Positions 26,637 to 35,762 of a stretch of DNA of 64,000 nt are shown here, one piece after another. The DNA comes from an uncultured Gemmatimonadales bacterium (GTDB taxonomy: Bacteria > Gemmatimonadota > Gemmatimonadetes > Gemmatimonadales > GWC2-71-9), in assembly GCA_963825065.1 (NCBI GenBank), contig CAWGRU010000004.1, positions 727,184 to 791,183 of the forward strand. The letters run 5' to 3'. The position numbers and the translations under genes are program-made. The notes beneath the pieces are model-generated. The model made no database searches and was not told the origin of the DNA. It saw only the letters and a list, made by a program, of their open reading frames with translations. Positions within the stretch are counted from its first letter, which is position 1. Each line of letters opens with the position of its first letter.

Positions 26637-28157
26637 GTGGCCCGGTTCTTCATCACGACTGCCATCGACTACGCCAACGGCGATCCCCACATGGGACACG
26701 CCTTCGAAAAGGTCGGCGCCGACTGCATTGCGCGCTATCGCCGCCTGCGCGGTGATGAAGTCTGGTTTCTCATCGGCATGGACGAGCATGGCCAGAAGGT
26801 GGCGCAGACCGCGGCCAGCCGCGGGGTCACTCCCCAGGCCCTGACCGACGAGGTCGCCGCCGCGTTCCAGCGCACCTGGGCCCGGCTCGGCATCTCCAAC
26901 GATCAGTTCATCCGCACCACGGCGCGCGCCCACCAGGAGGGCGTCCGCGATCTCATCGAACGCATCTTCGCGCGCAATCCGGATGACTTCTACGAGAAGG
27001 CCTACCGGGGGCTGTACTGTGTAGGCTGCGAAGCCTTCAAGACCGACGCCGAGATCGTTGAAGGCAAGTGTGTCCTGCATCCGACGCGGACGCTGGAGAT
27101 GGTCGAGGAGCGCAACTGGTTCTTCCGGCTGAGCCGCTATCAGCAGTTCCTGGAGGAACTGCTGGAGCGGAATCCCGACTTCATCCGGCCCGAGATCCGG
27201 CGCAACGAAATCCTCGGTCTGCTCCGCCAGGGGCTGGAGGACATCTCCGCCAGCCGGAGTCGCTTCGGCTGGGGGGTGCCCTTCCCCCGCCCCACCAGCG
27301 ACGGCGAGGCCCAGACGACCTACGTCTGGTTCGACGCGCTGCCGAACTACTGGACCGCTCCGCGGTTCCCCGGCTCGGGCGCGCACTGGCCGGCACAGCT
27401 CCACGTCATCGGGAAGGACATCACCCGGTTCCACTGCGTCATCTGGCCGGCGATGCTCGAGGCGGCGGGAGAGGCGCTCCCGGGCGGCGTCTGGGCGCAC
27501 GGCTTCATCTACTACGGCGGTGATCGGTTCTCCAAGAGTTCGGGGGTACGCCTGGATCTGCAGGAGGCGATCGACCGTCACGGCCCGGACGCCCTGCGCT
27601 ACTTCCTGCTGCGCGATGTCGGCTTCGCCAACGACGGCAACTTCACCTGGGAGCGCTTCGACGAGCGCTACCTGGCGGATCTCGCCGACGGCCTCGGGAA
27701 CCTCGCCAGTCGCTCGCTGGCCATGATCGAGAAGTACCGGGGCGGGACGGTTCCGGCCGACAGCAGTACCGCGCTCGATGACGCCGGCACGGCGACCATT
27801 GCCGCGTACGCCGCCGCCATGGACGCGCTCGACCTGCGCGCCGGCGCAGATGCCGCGTGGGCCCTGGTCACCACCGCCAACCAGTACATCGTGCACACCG
27901 CCCCCTGGACCCTCGCCAAGCAGGACAAGCACGCCGAACTCGACCAGGCCCTCGGCGCCCTGGCCCGCTGCCTCATCCGGCTGGCCGTCCTGGCCTCCCC
28001 CTTCATCCCGGGCAAGGCGGAAGAGCTCTGGCGGCACCTCGCGCAGGATGCCGCGCTTTCTGGCGCATGGCGACTCGCCGAACACCCGCTGGCGGCCGGC
28101 CGCCAGGTGAAGAAACCGGTGGGGTTATTCCCGAAACCCCAAGCGGCAAATCCTTGA
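26637..28157 (+). CDS. metG: methionine--tRNA ligase
   Basis: ITTAIDYANGDPHMGHAFEKV (HIGH-type motif) and RFSKSSG (KMSKS-type motif). The GTG start directly follows the PSP1 stop. Confidence 0.9.
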   Translation: MARFFITTAIDYANGDPHMGHAFEKVGADCIARYRRLRGDEVWFLIGMDEHGQKVAQTAASRGVTPQALTDEVAAAFQRTWARLGISNDQFIRTTARAHQEGVRDLIERIFARNPDDFYEKAYRGLYCVGCEAFKTDAEIVEGKCVLHPTRTLEMVEERNWFFRLSRYQQFLEELLERNPDFIRPEIRRNEILGLLRQGLEDISASRSRFGWGVPFPRPTSDGEAQTTYVWFDALPNYWTAPRFPGSGAHWPAQLHVIGKDITRFHCVIWPAMLEAAGEALPGGVWAHGFIYYGGDRFSKSSGVRLDLQEAIDRHGPDALRYFLLRDVGFANDGNFTWERFDERYLADLADGLGNLASRSLAMIEKYRGGTVPADSSTALDDAGTATIAAYAAAMDALDLRAGADAAWALVTTANQYIVHTAPWTLAKQDKHAELDQALGALARCLIRLAVLASPFIPGKAEELWRHLAQDAALSGAWRLAEHPLAAGRQVKKPVGLFPKPQAANP

Positions 28158-28308
28158 CTGTCAAAGACTTGGACGTGACCTACCGCACTTGACGCCCCCC
28201 GTTCCGGGGGACATGTTATTCCGCCCTCAGGCAGCCTCCATCGGTGCCGCCCTCCCGGGCACAGGATTTCCCAAGGAATTACGGCGTTACCTGCCGATAC
28301 CAGGGGTC

Positions 28309-29244
28309 ATGCGCATGTCCGAACGGAAGTGGAAGGTGGTCGTCGTCCCGCCGGGTTCCGGCGCCTCGAAGGTCATCGAGGTGTCGCAGCGCGTACTGAA
28401 GACGGCGACCGGCTTCGGGGCCGTGATCGGCCTCGTGGCACTTCTGCTCGGCTATGGCACGATGTCGCGTACCGTCGACCTGCAGCATGCCGCGCAGCTG
28501 GAGCGGGAGAATGCCCGCCTTGCCGAAGAACTCGGCCGGCTGCACGGACAGCTCTCCAGCCTCTCCGATACCCTGAGCCATATCGCCATCCGCGACCAGC
28601 GCATCCGGCTGCTCGCCAACCTCGAGCCGAACGATCCCACCGTGCAGCAGGCGGGCATCGGCGGGCCGAAGCGCGCGAACCCGGAAGAGACCAGCCTGCT
28701 CAGCGTGGGCGTCCTGGGGCGCCGCGCGGACGAGATCCGGGTGGATCTGGGCGCGCTGATCCGGCGGGCCAATCTGCTGGCCGCGTCGTTCAACGAGGCG
28801 CACGACTCGCTCGAGCACCATCGCGACCGGCTGGCCGCCATGCCGTCGATCATGCCCACGACCGGCTGGCTCTCCAGCGCGTTCAGCTCGATGCGCGAGC
28901 ATCCGATCCTGCACATCCTGCGGCCGCACGAGGGCATCGACGTCTCCGCCCCGATGGGCGCGCCGATTCAGTCCCCCGCCGGCGGCACCGTCCTCTCGGC
29001 CGGGTGGGAGAGCGGCTACGGCAACGTGATCGAGATCGACCATGGCTTCGGCATCGTCACCAAGTTTGCGCACTGCTCCAAGCTCCTCTTCCGCAGCGGC
29101 CAGCACGTCGCCCGGGGCCAGGTCATCGCGGAGGTCGGCAACACCGGCCTCGCGACCGGCCCGCACCTGCACTACGAGGTGCACGTGAACGGGAAGCCGG
29201 TGGATCCGCTCCGGTATGTCCTCCCCGACGTGGTGGTCGACTAG
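28309..29244 (+). CDS. M23-family (LytM-type) peptidase
   Basis: N-terminal TM segment and coiled coil, then HEGIDVSAP...GYGNVIEIDHG...GLATGPHLHYEV. Confidence 0.85.
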   Translation: MRMSERKWKVVVVPPGSGASKVIEVSQRVLKTATGFGAVIGLVALLLGYGTMSRTVDLQHAAQLERENARLAEELGRLHGQLSSLSDTLSHIAIRDQRIRLLANLEPNDPTVQQAGIGGPKRANPEETSLLSVGVLGRRADEIRVDLGALIRRANLLAASFNEAHDSLEHHRDRLAAMPSIMPTTGWLSSAFSSMREHPILHILRPHEGIDVSAPMGAPIQSPAGGTVLSAGWESGYGNVIEIDHGFGIVTKFAHCSKLLFRSGQHVARGQVIAEVGNTGLATGPHLHYEVHVNGKPVDPLRYVLPDVVVD

Positions 29245-29269
29245 ACTGCTCGGCGGCTCGCAATGACAG

Positions 29270-29305
29270 GAGCGGGGCGGATTCCCTGGGGAATCCGCCC
29301 CGCTC
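29270..29305. terminator. bidirectional terminator hairpin (about 16-17 bp perfect stem)
   Basis: GAGCGGGGCGGATTCC-ctgg-GGAATCCGCCCCGCTC, between the convergent M23 and lemA genes. Confidence 0.6.
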
Positions 29306-29382
29306 GTCGTTGGCCGGAACAGTTCACTGCCTGCCGGTCGTCGGTACGATCCACCGCACCCTTCGCCGCCCCGCTGAGCCGT

Positions 29383-29946
29383 CTAGAACTTCACCGGCGG
29401 CGGGGTCTCGGCGCCTTCCTTGGCCTCGAAATACGGCTTGGGTGCCGAGGCGCCGAACATCTTGGCGGTCAGGTTGTTCGGGAAGGTGCGGATGAAGCTG
29501 TTGTAGCTGTTCACCGCATCGTTGTAATCCTGCCTCGCCGTGGCGATCCGGTTTTCGGTGCCCGTCAGTTCGTCCTGCAGCGCGCGGAAGTTGGCGTCCG
29601 ACTTGAGCTGCGGATAGTTCTCGCTGATCGCCAGCAGGCGGCCCAGCGGCGCATTGAGCGCCTGGTTCGCGTTGGCCATGTCCTCGAGGTTGCCGCTCTG
29701 CACCGAGCCGGCCAGCCGCGCGCGGGCGTTGGCCACCTCGATGAAAATGCTCGACTCCTGCTTGGCGTAGCCCTTCACGGTCTCGACCAGATTGGGAATG
29801 AGGTCCGCCCTGCGCTGCAGCTGGGCGGCAATCTGGCCCTTGGCCTTCCCGACCTGTTCGTCGAGACTCTGAATCCGGTTGTAGCCGCAGCCGCTGGCCG
29901 CGAGCGTGAGGGCCGCGAACAGCGCCACCCGAAGGGACCGCGTCAT
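29383..29946 (-). CDS. lemA: LemA family protein
   Basis: MTRSLRVALFAALTLAASGCGYNRIQSLDE...RADLIPNLVETVKGYAKQE...ENYPQLKSDANF.... Confidence 0.9.
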   Translation of the reverse strand: MTRSLRVALFAALTLAASGCGYNRIQSLDEQVGKAKGQIAAQLQRRADLIPNLVETVKGYAKQESSIFIEVANARARLAGSVQSGNLEDMANANQALNAPLGRLLAISENYPQLKSDANFRALQDELTGTENRIATARQDYNDAVNSYNSFIRTFPNNLTAKMFGASAPKPYFEAKEGAETPPPVKF

Positions 29947-30662
29947 GTCTGTGCTCCGATCTTGAAGTGATCGACAAAGCTGGCCGCGTGCTGCATGGCC
30001 AGAAGATAATCCGCCGCCAGGCCCTCCGGGCATTGCCACTTCGGATTGGCCCGCTCGTGGACCACCAGACCCATCGCCTCGGAGCCCACGCCCGCGAGCC
30101 GGCCGGCCGCTCCCACCACCGCCACCGGTTCCACCGGCACTTCCTGCCCGGCGAGCACCAGCAGCCCGCGACAGAGCACCAGCAACGATGATGCGCTCCT
30201 CCGGACGAACTCCGAGAGCTTCGTGCCGTCCGTCGCGTAGAGGGCATATCCCTGACGGAGCCGCATCAGCTTGCCCCGGAACTCCCGCTCGAGCGCGGTG
30301 CGGAGATCGGAGTGTCGGACGTGGAGCCCCTTGAGCGGATCGTTGCCCCGCAGCACCCGATGCGCGGTCCGCATCTCGGCAATCTCCAGCGGATAGGCGT
30401 CCGCCGACCGTTTCCACTCCGCCTGGGTGAAGAGCAGGGGCAGCGTCCGGGCATCGGTCTGCCAGCGCTCCAGCGCGGCGCGCGCGGCCCGCAGCTCCGC
30501 CAGGGCCAGCGACTCCGCCACCAGCAGCATGTTGATGTCCGACCACCCGGGGATATGCTGACTCCGCGCCGCCGAGCCGAACAGGATGGCCGCGTAACCG
30601 CCCGGCCACACCCGGTCGAGGTCGCCGAGGACACGATCGATACTCTTCTGCACATCGCTCAT
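29943..30662 (-). CDS. nucleotidyltransferase-fold protein with helical C-terminal domain
   Basis: The minimal NTase motif is AILFGSAARSQHIPGWSDINMLLV (G-S ... D-x-N, with the second carboxylate replaced by Asn). ATGA overlap with lemA. Confidence 0.65.
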   Translation of the reverse strand: MSDVQKSIDRVLGDLDRVWPGGYAAILFGSAARSQHIPGWSDINMLLVAESLALAELRAARAALERWQTDARTLPLLFTQAEWKRSADAYPLEIAEMRTAHRVLRGNDPLKGLHVRHSDLRTALEREFRGKLMRLRQGYALYATDGTKLSEFVRRSASSLLVLCRGLLVLAGQEVPVEPVAVVGAAGRLAGVGSEAMGLVVHERANPKWQCPEGLAADYLLAMQHAASFVDHFKIGAQT

Positions 30663-31484
30663 CTAGAAGCTCCTTCCGGCGCCGCCGCCGCTGAACCCGC
30701 CGCCGCCGCCAAATCCGCCGAATCCTCCACCCCCGCCACCAAACCCGCCACCCCCACCCCATCCCCCGCCACCCCACCCGCCCCCGCCGGGGAAGATCAT
30801 CGGGCCCCGGCCGCCACGCCCACGGCCACCGCGTGAGGCGGACGAGAGCACGATGAAGATCACGACGATGATGAAGAAGATGGCGATCGGCGGGAGCTGG
30901 CCGCTGTCGCCACCCCCCTGCCCCGTGAACGGATCCGCCGCCGAGATGACCGAGTCGCTGATTCCGTAGCCCTTGGCCACGGTCGCCGCGATCGCCTGGG
31001 TCCCCAGGAGCAGCGCGGGACCATACTGCTCCTGCCTCAGGTCGGGGACCATCAGATCGGTGATCCGCCCGGCCATGGCATCGGTGATGATCCCCTCGAT
31101 GCCGCGTCCGGTCTCGAAGCGCACGTGCCCGGTGCCCGGCTGGTGATTCTGGAGCGGCATCAGCAGCAGCACGATGCCGGCATTGCGGGCCGAGTCACCG
31201 ATCGCGCCCGCTCCCCCCACCTTCCAGTTCCGCCCGATCGCCAGCGCCACGTCGCTCGGCTCGTACTCGCCGAGGGTCGGCAGAGTCACCACGGCGAGTT
31301 CCACCCCGGTCGCGGTCCGCAGCCGGGCGGCGAGATCGTTGATCTGTGTCGAAGAGGAGGCGTCCACCACGCCGGCAACGTCGGTCAGATAGTTGGTAGG
31401 CTGCGCGGGGAAGAGCTGCTGGAGGGCGGGTCGCTGCGCCGCCAGTGGCGAGACAACGAGAGCGACGACCAGGCACACGGGCAT
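30663..31484 (-). CDS. TPM-domain (YgcG-like) protein with TM segment and Gly-rich tail
   Basis: Signal MPVCLVVALVVSPLAAQ, YLTDVAGVVD...ELAVVTLPTL, a TM segment and a GGGGWGGGGFGGGGG tail. Its stop abuts the NTase start. Confidence 0.8.
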   Translation of the reverse strand: MPVCLVVALVVSPLAAQRPALQQLFPAQPTNYLTDVAGVVDASSSTQINDLAARLRTATGVELAVVTLPTLGEYEPSDVALAIGRNWKVGGAGAIGDSARNAGIVLLLMPLQNHQPGTGHVRFETGRGIEGIITDAMAGRITDLMVPDLRQEQYGPALLLGTQAIAATVAKGYGISDSVISAADPFTGQGGGDSGQLPPIAIFFIIVVIFIVLSSASRGGRGRGGRGPMIFPGGGGWGGGGWGGGGGFGGGGGGFGGFGGGGGFSGGGAGRSF

Positions 31485-31487
31485 GAG

Positions 31488-31516
31488 TTGAAGCAGCCCG
31501 AGGGCACGGGTAGCTT
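31488..31516 (+). promoter_or_regulatory. candidate promoter TTGAAG-N17-TAGCTT
   Basis: TTGAAG 31488-31493 and TAGCTT 31511-31516, 24 nt upstream of GTG 31540. Confidence 0.4.
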
Positions 31517-31539
31517 TCCGCCGTCTCCGACCAAGCCCG

Positions 31540-32286
31540 GTGCCCGTGTCACGCTGGTTGTCCGTCGTCCTGCTCGCGCTCGCCGCCTGCCGCGGTCGCG
31601 AGGTCCAGATCGAAGTCGCCATTCCCGGTCCTGATTCCGTGGACGCGCCCGTGGCGCATCTCGGGCTGGTGGCCCTGCCCTACGACCGCGACAGTCTGCT
31701 GCGCGCGCTCGAGGCGAAGAACCCTCGGCCCGTCGCGCTTACGCGGCCCATGGACAGCCTGTTTCAGATCTTCCGCGGGCCCTTCATGGCCTATGCATCC
31801 GCCGCCTATCGCCTGCAGACACTCGAGCGCTCACTGGCAGGGCGGAAACTCCAGCTCGACTCGCTTCCCCGCTCGAGTCCGGCGTACGACTCGCTCTATC
31901 GCCGCTTCGCCGCGGGCTCCGACAGCTTCGCCGTGCTGCAGCACCGTCGCGACGACGCGCAGCACCGGCTGGCCGAGGTGCGGGCGCACGTCTCCGACCC
32001 GCTGGACTCGCTCCGCCAGCGGATGAGCCGCTGGGAAGATAGCACCTACCGGAGCTACGACAGCCTCACCAAGGTACTCGGCACCGGCATCGGCCGGGAA
32101 CCGATCTCCGACAGCACCGGCCCGACCGGGAAGGTGACCCTCCACCTGCCGCCGGGCGACTGGTGGATCTACGCCCGCTCCTGGGACACCTGGGATCCCA
32201 ACAGCGAGTGGTACTGGAATCTGCCCGTGAAGGGCGACCGGCTCACCCTCGACCGCGCCAGCGGCCGCCGCGTGCCACGCTATTGA
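31540..32286 (+). CDS. hypothetical lipoprotein
   Basis: 248 aa with N-terminal MPVSRWLSVVLLALAAC (lipobox). Confidence 0.5.
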   Translation: MPVSRWLSVVLLALAACRGREVQIEVAIPGPDSVDAPVAHLGLVALPYDRDSLLRALEAKNPRPVALTRPMDSLFQIFRGPFMAYASAAYRLQTLERSLAGRKLQLDSLPRSSPAYDSLYRRFAAGSDSFAVLQHRRDDAQHRLAEVRAHVSDPLDSLRQRMSRWEDSTYRSYDSLTKVLGTGIGREPISDSTGPTGKVTLHLPPGDWWIYARSWDTWDPNSEWYWNLPVKGDRLTLDRASGRRVPRY

Positions 32287-32308
32287 GCTCAACCTCCGGA
32301 GAACCGGC

Positions 32309-32992
32309 ATGATCCGTCGTTCTGTCGTCTGGGCAGCACTCGGCTCCCTCGCGCTCGCCGTGGGTGGAGTGCTGGCGTTCGCGCCGGCGCGACCGCGCCC
32401 CGTCGCCAACGCCGCCCCCGCCACGCATGCGCAGCTCGACCCGCTCATCGGCCAGCGCACCAAGGGCTCCCCCAAGGCACTGATCACGGTGTACGAGATG
32501 TCGGACTTCCAGTGCCCCTTCTGCAAACGGCAGGCGCTCGAAACCCTGCCCGCGATCGAGAAGGAGTACATCGCCACGGGCAAGGTGCGCTGGATCTTCA
32601 TGAACTTCCCGCTCACCCAGATTCACGCCAATGCTGCCGCCGCGTCGGAGTTTGCCATGTGCGCCGCCGCGATCGACAAGTTCTGGCCCATCCACGATCT
32701 GCTGTTCACGTATCAGGAAAAGTGGGCCCCACTCAAGGACCCCGCACCGTTTCTCATCACCCTGGCCGACTCCGCCGGCATCCCGCGGAGCGACCTGACC
32801 TCCTGCCTGCAGAATCACGACACCCGGGGCCGCATCGAAGCGGAGGCGGAGGGTGCCGCCAAGTCAGGGGTGCAGAGCACGCCGACGGTGTATATCGAGG
32901 GTGCGGGACTGCTGCGGGGAGCGGCGCCGGTGGCGGTGTTTCGCGCGGTGCTGGACTCGCTGGTGAAGGAGCGGTCGGAGGGAAAGCACTGA
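32309..32992 (+). CDS. DsbA-family thiol:disulfide oxidoreductase
   Basis: N-terminal TM/signal segment and thioredoxin-fold motif FQCPFCKR. GGAGA RBS. Confidence 0.8.
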   Translation: MIRRSVVWAALGSLALAVGGVLAFAPARPRPVANAAPATHAQLDPLIGQRTKGSPKALITVYEMSDFQCPFCKRQALETLPAIEKEYIATGKVRWIFMNFPLTQIHANAAAASEFAMCAAAIDKFWPIHDLLFTYQEKWAPLKDPAPFLITLADSAGIPRSDLTSCLQNHDTRGRIEAEAEGAAKSGVQSTPTVYIEGAGLLRGAAPVAVFRAVLDSLVKERSEGKH

Positions 32993-33009
32993 GAAGCGAG
33001 GAGTGAGGA

Positions 33010-33038
33010 GCAGGAAGTCGGGGTGACCCGCTTCCTGC
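33010..33038. terminator. hairpin between convergent genes
   Basis: GCAGGAAG-13 nt-CTTCCTGC, followed by ttcttg. Confidence 0.4.
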
Positions 33039-33055
33039 TTCTTGCTGCCTGCGTC

Positions 33056-33781
33056 CTAGAACCCGTGGAAAGCAAGCAATACGTCGTATAGCGCGTGGGT
33101 CCACGCCGCGATCCCGAAGCCGCGCAGCAGGAAGAGCCCGCTCAGCAGCACTCCCGCCACCATCCGGAAGACGAACGACCCCACCTGCAGGGTATCTCCC
33201 AGCGGGCCGATGTAGTGGAACGCGCTGAAGACGAACGCTCCCACGACCGTCGCGAAGCTGCCCGCCACCCAGGGTCGCCACCCGAAACCGGCCGAGGCAA
33301 GCTTCGCGAGCGCCGACACCAGCACCACGCGGAACAGCAGCTCTTCGTAGATGCCCGCGCCGAGCGAGACCATGATCTCGGTGGGGAAGCTGAGCGAGGT
33401 TCCCTGGACGATCGCCAGAGCGCGGGGTCCATGCAGCAGCAGTCCGGTCAGCGCGCTGGTGAGCCCGCCGAAGACCATCGCGTACACGATCGACTCGCCG
33501 AGCATGCCGGCGAAATAGCCCGCCTGGGGCGCTCCGCTCTTCTTCCAGTCACGGGCCACCAGGATGAGCCCGGTGCCGAGGAGGACGAAGGCAAACGCGG
33601 TCAGCCCGTGCCGGCCCCCGAAGACCACGAACAGACTCTTGAGCAGGACATCGGCGCCGTTGCGCACCCCCATCTCGCCGGACAGCATCCGCGCAAGCAC
33701 CTCATAGAGCACCAGGAGCGGGAGCGCGAAGAGCAGACTGTATCGGGGGGCGCGGGAATCGCGCCAGTAACGTGCGGCCAT
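33056..33781 (-). CDS. CPBP-family intramembrane glutamic endopeptidase (CAAX/Abi-like)
   Basis: Polytopic protein with motifs EELLFRVVL and FSAFHY. TAGATT lies 6 nt upstream of the ATG (leaderless geometry). Confidence 0.8.
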   Translation of the reverse strand: MAARYWRDSRAPRYSLLFALPLLVLYEVLARMLSGEMGVRNGADVLLKSLFVVFGGRHGLTAFAFVLLGTGLILVARDWKKSGAPQAGYFAGMLGESIVYAMVFGGLTSALTGLLLHGPRALAIVQGTSLSFPTEIMVSLGAGIYEELLFRVVLVSALAKLASAGFGWRPWVAGSFATVVGAFVFSAFHYIGPLGDTLQVGSFVFRMVAGVLLSGLFLLRGFGIAAWTHALYDVLLAFHGF

Positions 33782-34110
33782 GAGCAGAATCTACGCGGGA
33801 AGAAGTCGCGGTGTGTCATGGGGGAGAGCGATCCGGCTCACCAGGCCCCCGGACGTGAACCGCGCCCCGCAGCAAGCGCGATCAATCGCGGTTGCCACGA
33901 GGCGCGGTCAGTGTGCATCGGACTCGAGGCGATCCCCGGGTCCTGCAGGGATCAGCAGCTCACCAGGCGATCGCTTGCCCTATTCGAGCCACCGATGCAA
34001 CTCGGACCTTCAGACAATGGATCACCTCCTTCATCACGGGTGGAACATCGGGCGGACGATTTCAACCTAAAAAAGTCCGGTCAGCGGCGCAAGCCGGTAG
34101 ATTCGTGGTC

Positions 34111-35322
34111 GTGACTCCTCCGCCACTGACCTATCGCATGGCCCTCGCGGCCGCGCGGCGATTCGCGCCCCGGCCCACGACCCTGCTCGACTGGGCCGCG
34201 GCGCATCGAGACCGCGCGCATTCGCTGCTGCTCTTCCACGCCGCCTCCGCCGGAGAATTGCGCCAGGCCGAGCCGGTGATCCGCCGGATCCGGGACCGCC
34301 ACCCCGAGTGGCAGTTGGCGGTGAGCTACTTCAGCCCTTCGGGGCGGCACGTGGCGGAGTCGCTGCCGGTCGACGCCAGTGGCCTCGCGCCCTGGGACAC
34401 GCCGGCGGACGTCACGGCGCTCCTCGACGCCCTCGCCCCGGCGGCGATCGTGATCGTCAAGCACGACCTCTGGCCGGAGCTGGCCGCAGCCGCCGCGGCC
34501 CGCGCGATGCCAGTCGCCCTCATCGCCGGGACGGTTCGCCCCGGCAGCAGCCGCTTGCGCTGGCCAGCGCGGTCGCTGCTGGCTCCTGCCTACGCCAGCC
34601 TCCGTCGCGTCGGGGCGGCCTCCGAGGAAGACGCGGTCCGGCTGGCGACGCTGGGCACCCAGCCCTCCCGCATCGAGGTGCTGGGCGATCCCCGCTACGA
34701 CGGGGTGCGCGAACGCATCGCCGCGGCGACCCCGCTCCCGCAGGAACCAGCGACCCTCGTCGCCGGCTCCACCTGGCCCGCGGACGAGGCAGTGTTGCTC
34801 AAGGCATTCGTCCGGGTCCGCGAACAGCGGCCCGATGCCCGGCTGGTGCTCGCCCCCCATGAACCGACCCCCGCGGCGCTGACCCGGATCGCGGCGCGCG
34901 CCCGCGCTCTCGCCCTCCCGGCGCCGGTATCCTTTCGCGACGCGACCGCACACGACTCGCTGCTGCTGATCGACGCCGTCGGACCACTCGCGCTCTGGTA
35001 CAGCGCCGGCGCGGTCGCGTACGTCGGGGGTGGCTTCGGTGGCAGCGGAGTGCACTCGGTGCTCGAACCGGCGGCGTGGGGTGTGCCGGTCATCGTGGGA
35101 CCCCGCTCCACCGAAAGCACCGATGCCCGGCGGCTCGAGGAAGCGGAAGCGTTGGCGCGACTCTCCGCCCGGGGGGCGGCTGCGGAGCTGGAAGCGTGGT
35201 GGCTGGAGTGGCTCGCCGACCCGGCGTGGCGGTCCGCCGCGGGAGCCGCGGCGAAGCAGGTGGTTGACGATGGCGCCGGCGCGGCCGATCGCTGCGCCGC
35301 CCTGGTGGAGCGCCTCGTGTAG
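34111..35322 (+). CDS. waaA: 3-deoxy-D-manno-octulosonic acid (Kdo) transferase
   Basis: LLFHAASAGELRQAEPVIRRIRDRHPEWQLAVSYFSPSG.... Start placed at GTG 34111 (ATG 34138 is an alternative). Confidence 0.85.
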   Translation: MTPPPLTYRMALAAARRFAPRPTTLLDWAAAHRDRAHSLLLFHAASAGELRQAEPVIRRIRDRHPEWQLAVSYFSPSGRHVAESLPVDASGLAPWDTPADVTALLDALAPAAIVIVKHDLWPELAAAAAARAMPVALIAGTVRPGSSRLRWPARSLLAPAYASLRRVGAASEEDAVRLATLGTQPSRIEVLGDPRYDGVRERIAAATPLPQEPATLVAGSTWPADEAVLLKAFVRVREQRPDARLVLAPHEPTPAALTRIAARARALALPAPVSFRDATAHDSLLLIDAVGPLALWYSAGAVAYVGGGFGGSGVHSVLEPAAWGVPVIVGPRSTESTDARRLEEAEALARLSARGAAAELEAWWLEWLADPAWRSAAGAAAKQVVDDGAGAADRCAALVERLV

Positions 35323-35328
35323 CGGTCC

Positions 35329-35712
35329 CTACTTCTGCACCACCACGCCCTCGAAGGTGACCGCCCGGGGCACCACCAGCCCGAGCGTGAGCCCGGTGAT
35401 GAGGATGTCGCTGAACCGGCTCCTCACCCTGATCCGGAGATCGGCCACCTGCTTCCCCCCCACCAGTTGGGCCGCCAGCGCCTTCTGCAGCGATGGCTCC
35501 GAGAGCTTCGCTAGACCCCACAAGCCGTACACCGCCCGACTCGTCACCCGGAACGGCACTCCCTCCGCCGGGGCGCCCGCGGCGGACGCCATGGTGGCGG
35601 GCACGCCAAGCCGGGTGGCGTCGAACGACAGCGAGCAACCGGTAGCGGCGCACACCAGAAGGAGCGACAGCACCAGGCGGCGCGGCACGAGTCGAATCAC
35701 GGGACCATCCAC
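35329..35712 (-). CDS. small lipoprotein (possibly Bor-like)
   Basis: 127 aa with lipobox LLLVCAATGC. The family call is tentative. Confidence 0.5.
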   Translation of the reverse strand: MDGPVIRLVPRRLVLSLLLVCAATGCSLSFDATRLGVPATMASAAGAPAEGVPFRVTSRAVYGLWGLAKLSEPSLQKALAAQLVGGKQVADLRIRVRSRFSDILITGLTLGLVVPRAVTFEGVVVQK

Positions 35713-35762
35713 GAGGGAGGGGAACGGACGGGCGGGCCGAGGCCCGCCCGGAATGGGACGGC

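Noticed and set aside
28154-28220. TTGACTGTCAA palindrome, repeated TTGAC words and a CCCCC-gttcc-GGGGG hairpin between metG and the M23 peptidase gene
   Set aside because: The palindrome overlaps the metG stop codon. No TAnnnT lies at proper spacing from any of the TTGAC words. The 5-bp hairpin is weak. It may be a terminator/promoter mix, but I cannot support a specific call.
30663-30840. Highly periodic CCG/CCA/CCC DNA that looks like a tandem repeat or array
   Set aside because: It is the reverse complement of the Gly-rich (GGGGWGGGGFGGGG) C-terminal tail of the TPM-domain protein. It is a coding low-complexity region, not a CRISPR or satellite repeat.
34066-34082. AAAAGTCCGG resembling the RNase P RNA CR-I motif (GGAAAGUCCGG)
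   Set aside because: Only 9 nt match. No other conserved RNase P regions (CR-IV/V, ACAGAA..CCGGCUUA) are present. On the plus strand, an RNA starting here would run into waaA.
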